Shown: piece by piece, positions 20,358 through 31,042 of the stretch
How positions within the stretch are numbered: the stretch's first letter is position 1
Layout: each line of letters opens with the position of its first letter
Origin: Andalucia godoyi And28
Lineage: Eukaryota; Protista; Jakobida
DNA: 64,000 nucleotides
Direction: 5' to 3'
Assembly (NCBI GenBank): GCA_009859145.1
Contig: VRVR01000054.1
Span: forward strand, 144,497-208,496
Translations under genes and position numbers: made by a program
The notes under the pieces: generated by a model
Database searches by the model: none
What the model was told of the DNA's origin: nothing
Seen by the model: the letters and a program-made list of their open reading frames with translations, nothing else

Positions 20358-23300
20358 TCACTCTAGACCAGCGGGGTGAGAATGGGGATGCTCACGAACA
20401 GCCTCTAATTGTGCGACGCGGGCACGGAGGAGAGCGAGTTCAAGGTCACGATCCAGGACCTCTTGGACTAGCTGGGGCTGCGAAAGCTGCTGAAGGCGCT
20501 CCTTTTCTGGAGTCTGCGGCGAACTCGCATCCCTCGGAAGCACATGCGGAGACACCGCGATGGCACTGGATGATGCAATCCTACGAATGTACTGATCTGC
20601 AGGGAACAGCTGGTGGCGTGCATGAGAATACGAGCGCACATTGGACAAATGCATACGCGCTTCTTCGAGCACGCTCATCGCCTTCTCAACCTCATCTCGC
20701 GTAACAAAAACCTCTATTTGTTCCCTGACTTCGGCAACTTCCCGCGTTTTGATGGCCCTTTCGACCTTCTCAATGCTATCCAATATCACGGATTTGGTTA
20801 CGGATCCAAAGAGCAGAGAGACGTCTCCGGATCGCAAGACTGCGCATGACAGCGCATCCGGAGCTCCATACGACATTCGCAACATCTCGCGGTTCCTGAA
20901 ATATTCTATTGCGGAATCAGGGCGGATTGCAACCGCAAAGAGAGGTTTTGATTTCTGCACATCGCTTTTCGCAAAACAGAACACGGCATTCGGCTGCAAG
21001 ACAAAGCAACCAGCCTGCCACCGTCCTGACCCCACAGCACGGAACTCGTAATACGCCACTTCGGCCTCCCAGAGTGTTGCACATGTTGGGTCGTAGAGTC
21101 GCTGCAATCGAGAAGACAACTCTGCAACGGACAGGCGACTCAGCGACTGGAACATTTGCACATGGTCCACGGTCTTAACGAAACGATCAAGAATCGCCAG
21201 GTCCTTGTCCACGTGCCGAATGCTAGAAAACAACAGCGCAGAAGGACCGCTCAGTCCGCAGTCTGGAGCAAACACCGTCTGCAAAACATGCGGTGCACGT
21301 GACGACCGCATGCCATTGATCGAAACAAGCTGCTTCACAACAAAGTGCGGAAGCTCCGATGGATTCGTGTGAGATAACACCAGCTGAACATTTTGGAACA
21401 CAATCGGGTTTGCCTGCATTCTTCCGACATTCACAAAGGCAAGAAACAGCGGTACGGACCGAATCCAAATCGCAATTTTAGTACCAAAATCATCCGCAGA
21501 CTCGGCTCGCATTCCTGCGTCGCCTTGGGCATCCTCCGATTCAAGTCGCTCGGACAGCCGAGATCCGCGGCTCGGCGACGCCAGAGTCGAAAGAATGTGC
21601 GATGTAGCCTGCTGCGGATCTTTGACAGCCTGCGCAACGGCATCCTTGATGCCCTGGTTTTTGGATTCTGCGACAAACATCTCCAGCAGGCGCCCAGAAT
21701 AGATACGGAGCAAGATCGCTGCACTCAGCAGAGAATTGTTGACATCGACTTGCATGGTCGGGTTGTCAATTTGAATGAAAAACTCTGGTTGGGAGTTTTC
21801 TCGGACAAGGTTTGCGAACGACTCCGAGCGGCGAAAGAGCATCCTTTTCTGGTTGGCTCCCTTCACAATCGGCCAAAACGCAAACTGTATGCGCGTATCA
21901 AATGGCTGCACAATGCGTTTTCCTTCATCCGAGGCGAGGCTTTCGTAAATCACAAAGGTTTGCGAAAATACCGAGAGGCGGCACTTGTACGTGAATTGAT
22001 CCCAGGGGACAGTGTGGTGGACCATGTGTCCCACAGATGCATCCACCGGGCCTTCAAGAGGCTCTTCTTCAAGGGAGGGAATGTAAGACAGCACAGGCGA
22101 CAGCTTGCAAATGAGCCGATCACCCGAGTAGATCATGTAGGCTGCTCCCGGGTTGAACGGAGCTGCGCCTCCGGTTGCCGAGGAAGACCGGCCGTCGTGA
22201 AATAATCCCTGGCTGCCTAGATGCTGATGCTGATGCTGTTGCGGGAGCGGCGACTCTGGAACAGGAACGCCAACCGGAGCCGAGGACGGAATCAAAAAGT
22301 TCGCAAACGTCGGATCGTCCATCAACGGATTGGGCAAAAACACATCCACGTGATCCAGTAAAACATCAATTGCGCAGTACAAGACCACATCTCCACTAAG
22401 ATGCCCCCTGGAGTACGATATCACCTTTCTTGCAACCCGGTACAGCGACAAAAGAGCGTCTAACCGCAGTCGAGCAGCCACGGGAGAAATCCAACCGTCA
22501 ATGGAAAACGTGCAATCTGGGAATGGCTTTGCAGGCCACGCAGATTGGATCTTCAGGCGAACAACGTCTTCTGCTTGCGCACCGGTGCTTCTTCCAAATG
22601 GCTGAATGACGTTAAATGCTGGCTTCGAGGGGGGCACAATCGGTCTTCCATAAACGGGTTCAGCAAGAGTGAAATATGTGTCGCCGGGATTCTCGTAGTC
22701 ATCCAGGACAGGGAATGAGTTCACACGGAAAACCTGATAGTGCGTAAGGCTGATTTGGATATGTTGTTCCGACATTGGCAAATCCTCCGGCAGCACAGTG
22801 GAGATGAGCAAGTTTCGGACGAGCATTGTGAATCCAGCATTTGCAAAAGCAGAAGCAGCGGATGCATCGCAGGACTCGGGCCGCTCATCTCGGACATGGA
22901 ACAAGATCCGCGTAATCGACACCACAAACTCGACCCGAGGATGCAAAATGGACGGCGACGGCGACACGGACGCCAGGGATCCCGTGGACGAAGAGCTAGC
23001 AGAGAGCAAGTTTGAAGCAGATTTTGACGAAGATCGCTTTAACCGAGTGCTGGGGTCGTCGTCATCGTCGTCTTCTTGATCCAGTTTTTGCAGCAAGGAA
23101 GCAACCTGCGCGTCTGTTGCAGATGGCCTGGTGAGTTCCTCGTCGAATTCGTACGTCTTTTCGATCTGGATGATCTTTTCATCGCGATAGATGCACATTA
23201 GCATGGAGTGTGCCCAGTGAATCAGATCTCGCAGACAGTCGGCGGTGACGTACTGCTCAATGCCTGGCATGATGACATCACAGTGCAAACCGAGCACTTC

Positions 23301-23990
23301 TGCGGTTCTGGCCTTCTTCTTCATTGTCAAGTGCACCTCGCACGGCACATCCGTCATGATAGCCCGGCTCAGATCGCCATCCATGAACATGCTGATTCCG
23401 CGAATATCCGTTCGACGAAACACAAAGATATCTGGGATTGCCTTTTTGTACCTTGGCAACGATTTTGTGAGTTCCACTGAGTTCCACGACGCATCGCAGC
23501 ACACTGAGAGCATATCGTGGAGGATTAGATGTAACGGAGGGGCGTTCCCGCGCAAGCAAATCTTGACGTGCACTCTGCGAATGTATATGGAGATTCCGTC
23601 TCCAAGCCGATCTTCGGTGCCGTACTTGTGCGGTCCCTTTGCAGCCTGTGTAAGATCAATTCCAAGCGAGGAAAGAATGTTTGTGTGCACTTGCTCGAGA
23701 GTTTCTGGCTCGTCAATCTCCACTTCGCACTCGTCAATTTCCAAGCGCATTGGTTCTTTTGTGAAGCTTGTCGCCGGGAACTTAAACCGCAGCTCGGATA
23801 CCCAAACACGCCGGAACCGGACCATCGGGAACCCCACAATCTCATTCAGCAGATCCTCGTTCAACAGTACTTTCTGAATGCGGGCTGCAGAAGAAAGAAA
23901 CTTCACCTTGATCTGGTGCTTGTGCTCCTTCCAATTCTTGATGAACGCCGCCAGGTACTTTTCAAACTTTTTCAGCAAATAGCCCTCCAT
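20358..23990 (-). CDS. Bridge-like lipid transfer protein, BLTP3/UHRF1BP1(SHIP164)-like, with probable C-terminal PH domain
   Basis: 1210 aa. The N-terminus (MEGYLLKKFEKYLAAFIKN...LLNEDLLNEIVGFP...ELRFKFP..SFTKEPMRLEIDECEVEI) resembles the Chorein_N/VPS13-type start of BLTP3. A PH-like segment (YYEF...RWQAGCFVL...FCFAK) precedes a terminal coiled coil. Confidence 0.7.
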   Translation of the reverse strand: MEGYLLKKFEKYLAAFIKNWKEHKHQIKVKFLSSAARIQKVLLNEDLLNEIVGFPMVRFRRVWVSELRFKFPATSFTKEPMRLEIDECEVEIDEPETLEQVHTNILSSLGIDLTQAAKGPHKYGTEDRLGDGISIYIRRVHVKICLRGNAPPLHLILHDMLSVCCDASWNSVELTKSLPRYKKAIPDIFVFRRTDIRGISMFMDGDLSRAIMTDVPCEVHLTMKKKARTAEVLGLHCDVIMPGIEQYVTADCLRDLIHWAHSMLMCIYRDEKIIQIEKTYEFDEELTRPSATDAQVASLLQKLDQEDDDDDDPSTRLKRSSSKSASNLLSASSSSTGSLASVSPSPSILHPRVEFVVSITRILFHVRDERPESCDASAASAFANAGFTMLVRNLLISTVLPEDLPMSEQHIQISLTHYQVFRVNSFPVLDDYENPGDTYFTLAEPVYGRPIVPPSKPAFNVIQPFGRSTGAQAEDVVRLKIQSAWPAKPFPDCTFSIDGWISPVAARLRLDALLSLYRVARKVISYSRGHLSGDVVLYCAIDVLLDHVDVFLPNPLMDDPTFANFLIPSSAPVGVPVPESPLPQQHQHQHLGSQGLFHDGRSSSATGGAAPFNPGAAYMIYSGDRLICKLSPVLSYIPSLEEEPLEGPVDASVGHMVHHTVPWDQFTYKCRLSVFSQTFVIYESLASDEGKRIVQPFDTRIQFAFWPIVKGANQKRMLFRRSESFANLVRENSQPEFFIQIDNPTMQVDVNNSLLSAAILLRIYSGRLLEMFVAESKNQGIKDAVAQAVKDPQQATSHILSTLASPSRGSRLSERLESEDAQGDAGMRAESADDFGTKIAIWIRSVPLFLAFVNVGRMQANPIVFQNVQLVLSHTNPSELPHFVVKQLVSINGMRSSRAPHVLQTVFAPDCGLSGPSALLFSSIRHVDKDLAILDRFVKTVDHVQMFQSLSRLSVAELSSRLQRLYDPTCATLWEAEVAYYEFRAVGSGRWQAGCFVLQPNAVFCFAKSDVQKSKPLFAVAIRPDSAIEYFRNREMLRMSYGAPDALSCAVLRSGDVSLLFGSVTKSVILDSIEKVERAIKTREVAEVREQIEVFVTRDEVEKAMSVLEEARMHLSNVRSYSHARHQLFPADQYIRRIASSSAIAVSPHVLPRDASSPQTPEKERLQQLSQPQLVQEVLDRDLELALLRARVAQLEAVREHPHSHPAGLE

Positions 23991-24429
23991 TTTCCGTCTT
24001 CTTCTGTGGCTCCTCCTCCTCCTTCTCCTCCTTCTCCAGCGACTCCCAAGCCTCTAGAAACAAGAAAACAGCAGCAAGGAGAGCATAAAGTATGAGAATC
24101 TTGCGTCGGCTGAATGTGGGTCAATTTGGGACTCATCACTGGTCGTAGTCAAGCCAAAGAAGAGAACGAAGCAGTTGAGACTTTGAGGCCCTTCTTCTCA
24201 CCCAGAGCAGCGATTTCCCCGACATCCGAAATTCCCGAACGCCCGACGATGACCCCGAGACCATCTTTCCCCCGGGCCCCGAACGCACCTCGTCTGCCGT
24301 TTATGGTACCTTTCCGCTGTTCTGTTTTCATGCTTTTCCAAATGTTTATTGTTGTTGTTGAGCATCGTTAGCATATCGTCTTTTTATCTATCCCGAGTTG
24401 AACTGTGTTTAGTGTAGTGTAGCTTAGTG

Positions 24430-24478
24430 TTTCGTGTTTCGTGTTTCGTATTTCGTATTTCGTATTTCGTATTTCGTG
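24430..24478. repeat. (TTTCGTR)7 tandem repeat
   Basis: Directly visible 7-mer array in the spacer between divergent genes. Confidence 0.85.
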
Positions 24479-24599
24479 TTCAATTTTGTTCTTTTGGAAA
24501 TTGTGTGGTTCTTTGGAGTTTGAGTAGTTGTTGCTTTACTATCACCGTCAATATCACTGTCACTATCAGTATCATCATCATCATAATTATTGGGAGAGG

Positions 24600-26057
24600 A
24601 TGAGTGGCAGTAGCGGTGATCATCATCACCACGGAGCGCCAACAGTGGTGGTTTCGGGGTCGTCGGCAGCAAATGCGAATGGACTGTCCCCGGAGGATGT
24701 TCGAGATCGAACGCGGTCTTTTTCGGCTCGGTTTCATGAACTTACGGAGCGAAACAAGCGGTTGGAGGCGGAAGTGGACCGGATTCGCAAGCAACGGGAT
24801 GAGTGTCTGGAGAAACTGCAGCGGTCTCGGAAGCGTGTTGAAAAGACGGCTTCGGATCTGGAGGCACAGACACGCCGGTCGGATGATTTTGCAGCGCGCC
24901 TGGGGGCTGCCGAGGAGGAGCTGGTGAAGCTCAGGCCGCAGGTTGCAGCGTTGGAGAAGGAAAACTCGTTGTTGAGAGACCAGCTGAGTGGAAGCGTCGA
25001 CGCGTCCGTGGCATCGCTCCACGAGAAAATTGCCGAGCTGTCTGGAGAGCTTGCTGCGTCGCTGCAGAAAGAGAGCATGATGCACGAGCTTTTTGAGACT
25101 GCGCACATTCGGCAGGAGGAGTTTGACACGCTGCGCAGTTCGTGGCGAGAAGCAATGGAAGGCGAGTCGCATGTGCTGGATGCTCTGGAGTCGACGCAGC
25201 GCGATCTGGAGCTTCGGTTTGACGAATGTGCTTCGTTGCGGTCGCGGCTTGCGGATTCCGATCGCAGAATCGCATCTGTGGAGCAGCTCCTGGACGAGGA
25301 GCGCGATATCTCACAGGATTGGGAAGAAAAGACGGCACGACTCACCAAGGAAAATGCGTCCTTGTCGGGTTTGTTGCAGGACCGAGAATCGCAGCTGGCA
25401 GTTGTCCGCGGAGAACGCGACGCTTTGGCTGAACATGTGCGGGCGATGAATTCAAAGACGGACTGGAGCGAGCGGTGTGTGGAGCTGGAGTTGCAGGTTT
25501 CGAACTTGCAAATCGAGAATGAGCAGCTGTCGAAGCGTGTTCAGGCGTTGGTAGGCTCGAGAATTGCGTCGGGCGAAGTGCCGCTTTCTGAAGACGTTCT
25601 CGAGCGCCTGTCTCGTATTCTGCTGCTACACCATACATTGGATGAAGAACTCGGGGACATGATGCTCTCGTATGGATCGATGTCGCCTAAGAAGCAGAAG
25701 GAAGTCCTGGACAACCAGAGACGGTACAGAGTGGCAACCGTTCCTGCAGACTTGCACTCTGCTACCGCCGCAAGTCATTCGCGATTAATGTCCTTCAATG
25801 ACGATTTGGGCTCTGTCATTGACAATGGCTCGGAGCTGGATGACGAGATTGACGACAACTTTTCTTCGTATCCCGTTTCACCTCGTTCCGAGTATGCGAT
25901 CACCCCTCGCGACCACCCGCAGTCACGAACGCATCAGCGCCAGTCTTCGGTTCAGCGCCAGAATGGAAGTGCTTCGCATAGCGAAAAGCGTGTGACACAC
26001 GCAAGACAGAGCAGTGTTGTCGTCGAGCATGCCCGTGTTCCCGATGACGAGGACTAG
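24600..26057 (+). CDS. Long coiled-coil protein of unknown function
   Basis: About 485 aa from ATG 24600, E/L/R/K-rich heptad pattern over ~330 aa, disordered C-terminus. Confidence 0.8.
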   Translation: MSGSSGDHHHHGAPTVVVSGSSAANANGLSPEDVRDRTRSFSARFHELTERNKRLEAEVDRIRKQRDECLEKLQRSRKRVEKTASDLEAQTRRSDDFAARLGAAEEELVKLRPQVAALEKENSLLRDQLSGSVDASVASLHEKIAELSGELAASLQKESMMHELFETAHIRQEEFDTLRSSWREAMEGESHVLDALESTQRDLELRFDECASLRSRLADSDRRIASVEQLLDEERDISQDWEEKTARLTKENASLSGLLQDRESQLAVVRGERDALAEHVRAMNSKTDWSERCVELELQVSNLQIENEQLSKRVQALVGSRIASGEVPLSEDVLERLSRILLLHHTLDEELGDMMLSYGSMSPKKQKEVLDNQRRYRVATVPADLHSATAASHSRLMSFNDDLGSVIDNGSELDDEIDDNFSSYPVSPRSEYAITPRDHPQSRTHQRQSSVQRQNGSASHSEKRVTHARQSSVVVEHARVPDDED

Positions 26058-26555
26058 TTTCTTTTTCTTTCCCCTTCTCCTCATCTTTTCTTTTCCGCGA
26101 AACACACCCCTTTACCGGGAGTGTCCTTTTTGCATGTTCGCTATTATCATTATTATCACTAATTTGTTGCCGTTTCTTGTGGTGTGGTGAGCTCCGTATC
26201 CCACTTTGTATGTCTGTTTTGTGCTGTTGTCGATTGTCCATCTTGCTGGTCTTGTATTGTTTTGCTGTTGTTTTTTTCCCCCGGCGTGCCGGTTTTACCC
26301 CCTACCCCCTCTTTCGTTATTATTGTTATTATTATTATTCTCTTTCTTTTCTTTTCTCTTGTTTTGTTTTGATTTGCTTCCACTTTTGGACGTCGAAACT
26401 CGCTGTTTGTTCTTGTTCTTGTTGTTGTTATTATTATTGGTTTGGTATGATTGGATTTGAATGAAGCGTAAAACTCTTGTATTCTACCCGAACTGCCGTT
26501 TGTCGTGATTGTTGCCTCCATCACCAAAAGCAATTCATTCATACCAGGATGTTTG

Positions 26556-27152
26556 CTACTGCTTTACAGAGAGATCGAGAAACTGTGCATACGACGAAAG
26601 GGACGCCAAGAGAGGAGTATTCGGATCCTCCTTCGCGGCCATTGGTGTTTTCGAAACACACGAAACGGACCCGCGCACCGGATATACAATCTGCCGGACA
26701 GAGTCTATTTTCCATCCGAGCGGAGTGAAGAGCGACACAGCAGCATCGGCATCGGCATTGGAGCCGAGAGGGATTCCCAGAAACGAGCAAGCTTCGTGCA
26801 GGCTCAAGTCGGAGTATGTGTTTGAGATCGCAAACAAGACACGGCGTCGAACCGTCGGAACGAGCTCGGAGGCAAGGATGCTTCCAACGCTCGAACTCGA
26901 TAGCTCCTGTGCGTGCTGGAAGAACGATTGGAAATCATGGTTCCAAAGATCCCTCACGAGCTCAAAACACCCGCGAACAACTGCATCAGAAGAATACTGT
27001 GGATACAACGAGTGGAACCGTTTGTGCACGAGCCGCGCGCTCGGCAGCTTGTCCTCTGCAATACATGCCAATATGAACTCTGCGTAGAATTGTGGGCTGC
27101 CTGCAGACGCATTGCACGCCTCTTGGACTCCATATTCTTGCAAGCTGAGCAT
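26556..27152 (-). CDS. CSN8: COP9 signalosome subunit 8-like (PCI/CSN8-PSMD8-eIF3K family)
   Basis: About 198 aa: ARLVHKR, LWNHDF, VRRRVLFAISNTYSDLSLHEACSFLG, GWKID, C-terminal LASLSSYAQFLD. Confidence 0.75.
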   Translation of the reverse strand: MLSLQEYGVQEACNASAGSPQFYAEFILACIAEDKLPSARLVHKRFHSLYPQYSSDAVVRGCFELVRDLWNHDFQSFFQHAQELSSSSVGSILASELVPTVRRRVLFAISNTYSDLSLHEACSFLGIPLGSNADADAAVSLFTPLGWKIDSVRQIVYPVRGSVSCVSKTPMAAKEDPNTPLLASLSSYAQFLDLSVKQ

Positions 27153-27186
27153 TTGCTGATCCCTCCGTATCTTTGTTGTATATATC

Positions 27187-27246
27187 TGTGTGTGTGTGTA
27201 TGTGTGTGTATGTGTGTGTATGTGTGTGTATGTGTGTATGTGTGTG
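27187..27246. repeat. (TG)n / (TGTGTGTGTA)n microsatellite
   Basis: Visible array just upstream of the CSN8 ATG. Confidence 0.9.
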
Positions 27247-27619
27247 AGACGTCCGACGTGCTGGACGGCTCCGCAAAAGAGTTTCACGTGCGGGGAACGC
27301 TTCGGTCTACAGTTGCTGGATGTCGGCCAGTATCAAAAAACATCAAGTCTCAAGGCATCGAATCGCGAACCCAACTTGCTTCTTTTGTTTTGTTTTTTTT
27401 TTACAGCAGGGAGTCGATCGGTGCGATGACTGATGTGTGGTGAAGTGGCCAACATGTGTTGAGCTTATGAGTCCTGTCGAAAAACACGCACTCCGATCGA
27501 TCGATGGATTGCGACATGCAATTTGTGATAGTGTGTGCGAACTGCAAAAGCGAGTGAGAAAGTTCCGAGTGGCACGCGCAGCACCGTTGGTAGGATTTTC
27601 TTTTCTCTTGTTGCGGACA

Positions 27620-30607
27620 ATGGGCTGCCAAGGATCAAAAGCAGTCGAGATGCATTCAGAAGAAGCACAAGCTCAGTGCTCTTCTCGCCAGCCAATGCAC
27701 ACGTTCACAACACCGGGTTCGGACTTGGGTGATGACCAAGAGTCCTTTGTGAGGATTCTGCAGTTGTCCTTGGGCTCGAAGGAGCAGGAGCGTGTTTTAA
27801 AGTCACTCCTGCTTGTGATATGCACTGCGTTCAGCGCAGAGGCTGCGGTTCTTCACGTTCTCGGCGATGACAAAGTGATGACAATCGTTAATTATTCTGG
27901 TGCGTCTGGCAGCACGAGCGGCGGTGGGAGCAATTCGTTTGCGACTGCTATAGACAAGCTGAGCAACAGTGGAGTGTGTGTGCTGAAGCGTAGTCAGTTT
28001 CTGATGGAACAGATGTTGGAGGACGAGGAGGAAGAATTTGTGCTACTAAGTCACTCGGAAGTCACCAGCGCAGAAAGGCCGTTGTGGAGGGATACCTGGA
28101 AGAGCATTGGGCCCGTGGAGTTTCAGGCGTCGGTGCCTGTTCGCATCACCGTACAGTCGTTCCGGTTCTCGAGACCCGTGGCCACGCTTTCGGTGCTGGA
28201 TTCTCATGCGCGACAGGTGTTTGGCGCCGACTGTCTTCGGAATCTGACACTGTTTGCGGATCTCTGTGGATTGCAGCTGTCAAACTGCGTGCAGGTTGAG
28301 CAAGAAGCTGCGAAAGAAAGGGCTGCAGCTGCAGCTTCGATGGCAGTAGGAAAGCAAAGCGCGCGACTCGGCCAAGAAACAGACCCGTTCAAGGATCGCA
28401 CTTGGCTGATTCAAGATGCGGCGACAACAGCAGCCGATCTTTCGCATCTACCCTGGGCGTTAGCCTGGAACGAGGCATTCCCGCGTCCGCCAATACCGGC
28501 AGATGACAGAAGCCGCATTTTGTGCGTATTAGAATACGATCTGCTGAATTTTCATCAGGAGCCTCTGTTTGACGAGTTCTGCAAATTCACTGCGGAATTG
28601 TTTGGATTCCCGCTCTCCGTGATATCGGTGCTGACCGCTGACGCACAGTTTTTCAAAGGACGGTTTGGCCTCCAATTGTCGAAAATCGACCGGTCTGCTG
28701 CCCTGTGCAACTACCCCACGAAGAAAAAAACATCCTTCGTCGTGCAGGATCTTGCGCAGCACAAGGAATTCCAAGAAAATCCTCTCGTGAACGGCGGGGC
28801 CATGGCGCTCCGCTTCTATGCTGGAGTTCCGCTTATCGTTGAAAGCGGTCACGCTGTGGGAACACTTTGTCTCCTAGACTGCCAGGCACACCCAGAATTC
28901 GGAAACGAGGAAACGAGGCTTCTGGAAGGAATTGCAGCCGTTCTCACACACCTGTTAGAGGAGCGCAGGAAGCGGCTACGGTACATGGCCACGATGCTTG
29001 ATTTGCCCCATTGTGGCAACGGCCATGAGCGGTATACCACCGACCCACCGCAAGGCTATGCAACTTTCGTGGCTGCAGAAATTGCCAACGCGGAAAGGCT
29101 GTGGTCAGTCGATCCTCGCGGAATGGAGAGTGCCGTTCGATCATACTCGTCTGTGCTTCGTGCCACATTGTCTCTCTACCGAGGATACGAGGTGTCGTGT
29201 CAAGACGAGAGCTTCCTCATTGCATTTCACAACGCAGTAGATGCATGCAGCTTTTGCACTGCCGTGCAGCTGAGAATGCTCCAGGAAAAATGCTCGGACG
29301 AGTGGCCAGCTCACGTTTCGGACCCGCGCATTCCAGGTGCTGACGGACACGGGCTGTGCTACGGCGGAATACTAGTGAACTTTGGCTTGGAACAGGGGGC
29401 TCTAGAGTTCCAGTCAATGAATCCAGCGTCGGAACGACGACGCTACTTCTGCCAAGCCGCTCTCCGTGCAACCGAGATATGCAGATCCATCATCATGCAG
29501 GGCGTAGCGGTCATGACCTCGTTGGTGTGGCACGATTATTACCGATGCCGCTTCCACAGCGTGGCTCATACCCCAGCAGACACGATGTTTCCGACCATTG
29601 TGCATCTTGGAGAGTTTTTGGAAGATGAAAACACAGGTCAACTGCAGAATCTGTTTATGATGGTGCCTGCGGAGCTGACCTGCAAGTCTTTTCGGGGGCG
29701 TCCGGATCATCCGTGCTCCTTTGTCGAATTATGCTCCTACGGACGCCCGTTGCACAACGACGTGTTAAGGCTGCAGAAGATCGCTTGCGGATGTCTCGAT
29801 TCTCCGAAAGGTTCTTCCGCTGCCGTCGTTCGAGCGACTGTCTGGCGATGGCGACAGATGCTAGCGGAGTGCTGCAGCACCGAAGTCGTCGCCAGCACGT
29901 CGGACATGATCTGCAGTGTCTTTGTTTCGCAAGCCAGGGCCCACAAAGGATACATTTTCAACCACGAACACACCAATGCAGTAGACCTTGTGTTTCCGTC
30001 CATCCACAAAGCCGTGCACTGGGTGTTTGCAGTGCAGAACGTCCTGGTGAATGCATCGTGGTCTTCGCAGCTGCTAAACATTCCTGGGTACGAAGAAGTC
30101 AAAGACTCCAACGGCGATTTCGTTCTCTTCCGCGGCCCCCGCATTCAGGTGTCTGCATCGGATCTGTGGACAAAGGACTCCGTTCTTGTCCCGGATCTCG
30201 ATACAGGACGCTTGAAAGCATCCGGTACCATCATGCAAGAGGTTGCGCGGCTGTCGAAACTTGCGCAGCCAGGCCAGTTTCTGTGCTGTCGTGCAACAGG
30301 CGTGCGAGCAGTCGAGTCCTTTAATTACTTCAGATCAAGCAATGTCAAGCAAAGAATTTTTAATCAGAACCGACACACGACCAGCGACGATGCCGACACG
30401 GAAGACGATGAGCCAGCAGAAGAGGAGGATGACGAAGAAACGGATAGGTTTGACGACGATGAATATGTGATCAGAAACGTCTCGTTCGAACCAGACTGCA
30501 GTGTTGTCGGCAGTATTGTGGAAGTGGCTCCGACCAATGGCGCCCTTTCCTATCGTCGTTTCCCTGCTGTTCTGCCTGCAACTCCAGAATCAAGCTGTTT
30601 GCAATAA
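27620..30607 (+). CDS. N-acylated GAF-domain protein with two degenerate class III nucleotidyl-cyclase-like domains
   Basis: Starts MGCQGS (Gly2/Cys3). One clear GAF (RFYAGVPL..ESGHAVGTLCLLD) and a probable upstream GAF. Cyclase-like 1: PPQGYATFVAAEI..LWS.DP.GM...GYEV..DESFLIAF. Cyclase-like 2: KGYIF...FRGPRIQV...TGRL...VARLSKLAQPGQFL. Confidence 0.75.
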   Translation: MGCQGSKAVEMHSEEAQAQCSSRQPMHTFTTPGSDLGDDQESFVRILQLSLGSKEQERVLKSLLLVICTAFSAEAAVLHVLGDDKVMTIVNYSGASGSTSGGGSNSFATAIDKLSNSGVCVLKRSQFLMEQMLEDEEEEFVLLSHSEVTSAERPLWRDTWKSIGPVEFQASVPVRITVQSFRFSRPVATLSVLDSHARQVFGADCLRNLTLFADLCGLQLSNCVQVEQEAAKERAAAAASMAVGKQSARLGQETDPFKDRTWLIQDAATTAADLSHLPWALAWNEAFPRPPIPADDRSRILCVLEYDLLNFHQEPLFDEFCKFTAELFGFPLSVISVLTADAQFFKGRFGLQLSKIDRSAALCNYPTKKKTSFVVQDLAQHKEFQENPLVNGGAMALRFYAGVPLIVESGHAVGTLCLLDCQAHPEFGNEETRLLEGIAAVLTHLLEERRKRLRYMATMLDLPHCGNGHERYTTDPPQGYATFVAAEIANAERLWSVDPRGMESAVRSYSSVLRATLSLYRGYEVSCQDESFLIAFHNAVDACSFCTAVQLRMLQEKCSDEWPAHVSDPRIPGADGHGLCYGGILVNFGLEQGALEFQSMNPASERRRYFCQAALRATEICRSIIMQGVAVMTSLVWHDYYRCRFHSVAHTPADTMFPTIVHLGEFLEDENTGQLQNLFMMVPAELTCKSFRGRPDHPCSFVELCSYGRPLHNDVLRLQKIACGCLDSPKGSSAAVVRATVWRWRQMLAECCSTEVVASTSDMICSVFVSQARAHKGYIFNHEHTNAVDLVFPSIHKAVHWVFAVQNVLVNASWSSQLLNIPGYEEVKDSNGDFVLFRGPRIQVSASDLWTKDSVLVPDLDTGRLKASGTIMQEVARLSKLAQPGQFLCCRATGVRAVESFNYFRSSNVKQRIFNQNRHTTSDDADTEDDEPAEEEDDEETDRFDDDEYVIRNVSFEPDCSVVGSIVEVAPTNGALSYRRFPAVLPATPESSCLQ

Positions 30608-31042
30608 GATATTTCTCGGCCCCCCCCCCCCCCCCCCCCGTTTTTTTTTTTTTGGCAGTCGTAGTACAAAATAGCCTCGTTTCCTCCATGGCGCCTGTTG
30701 ATCATTTGATGTGTATGGGGGGGGTATGTACGAGGCTTTTAGGCGGACAAACGAAAATAGATTTGGTCATTTTCCCCGACCTATTTATTGTTTCATCCCG
30801 CCCGCAACTCGTCAGCTTTGCAGGTGTGTTTTGGAAAAATTCCTCGGGTCCTTGATTTTTGCCTCTTGTCTTTTCTGTTTCTGTTGTTGTTTTGCTTTGC
30901 CCTCCTTTTTTTCTTTCTTCCAGTTTTTTTTCTTCTTCTTCATTTGGCGTTGAAGCCGTAAGTGTCTTTTTTTTTGTTTTGTTTTTGTTTTGTTTTTGTT
31001 TTTGATTTGGCTGCGTGTTTGAAAATCCTCAAAAAACCATCC

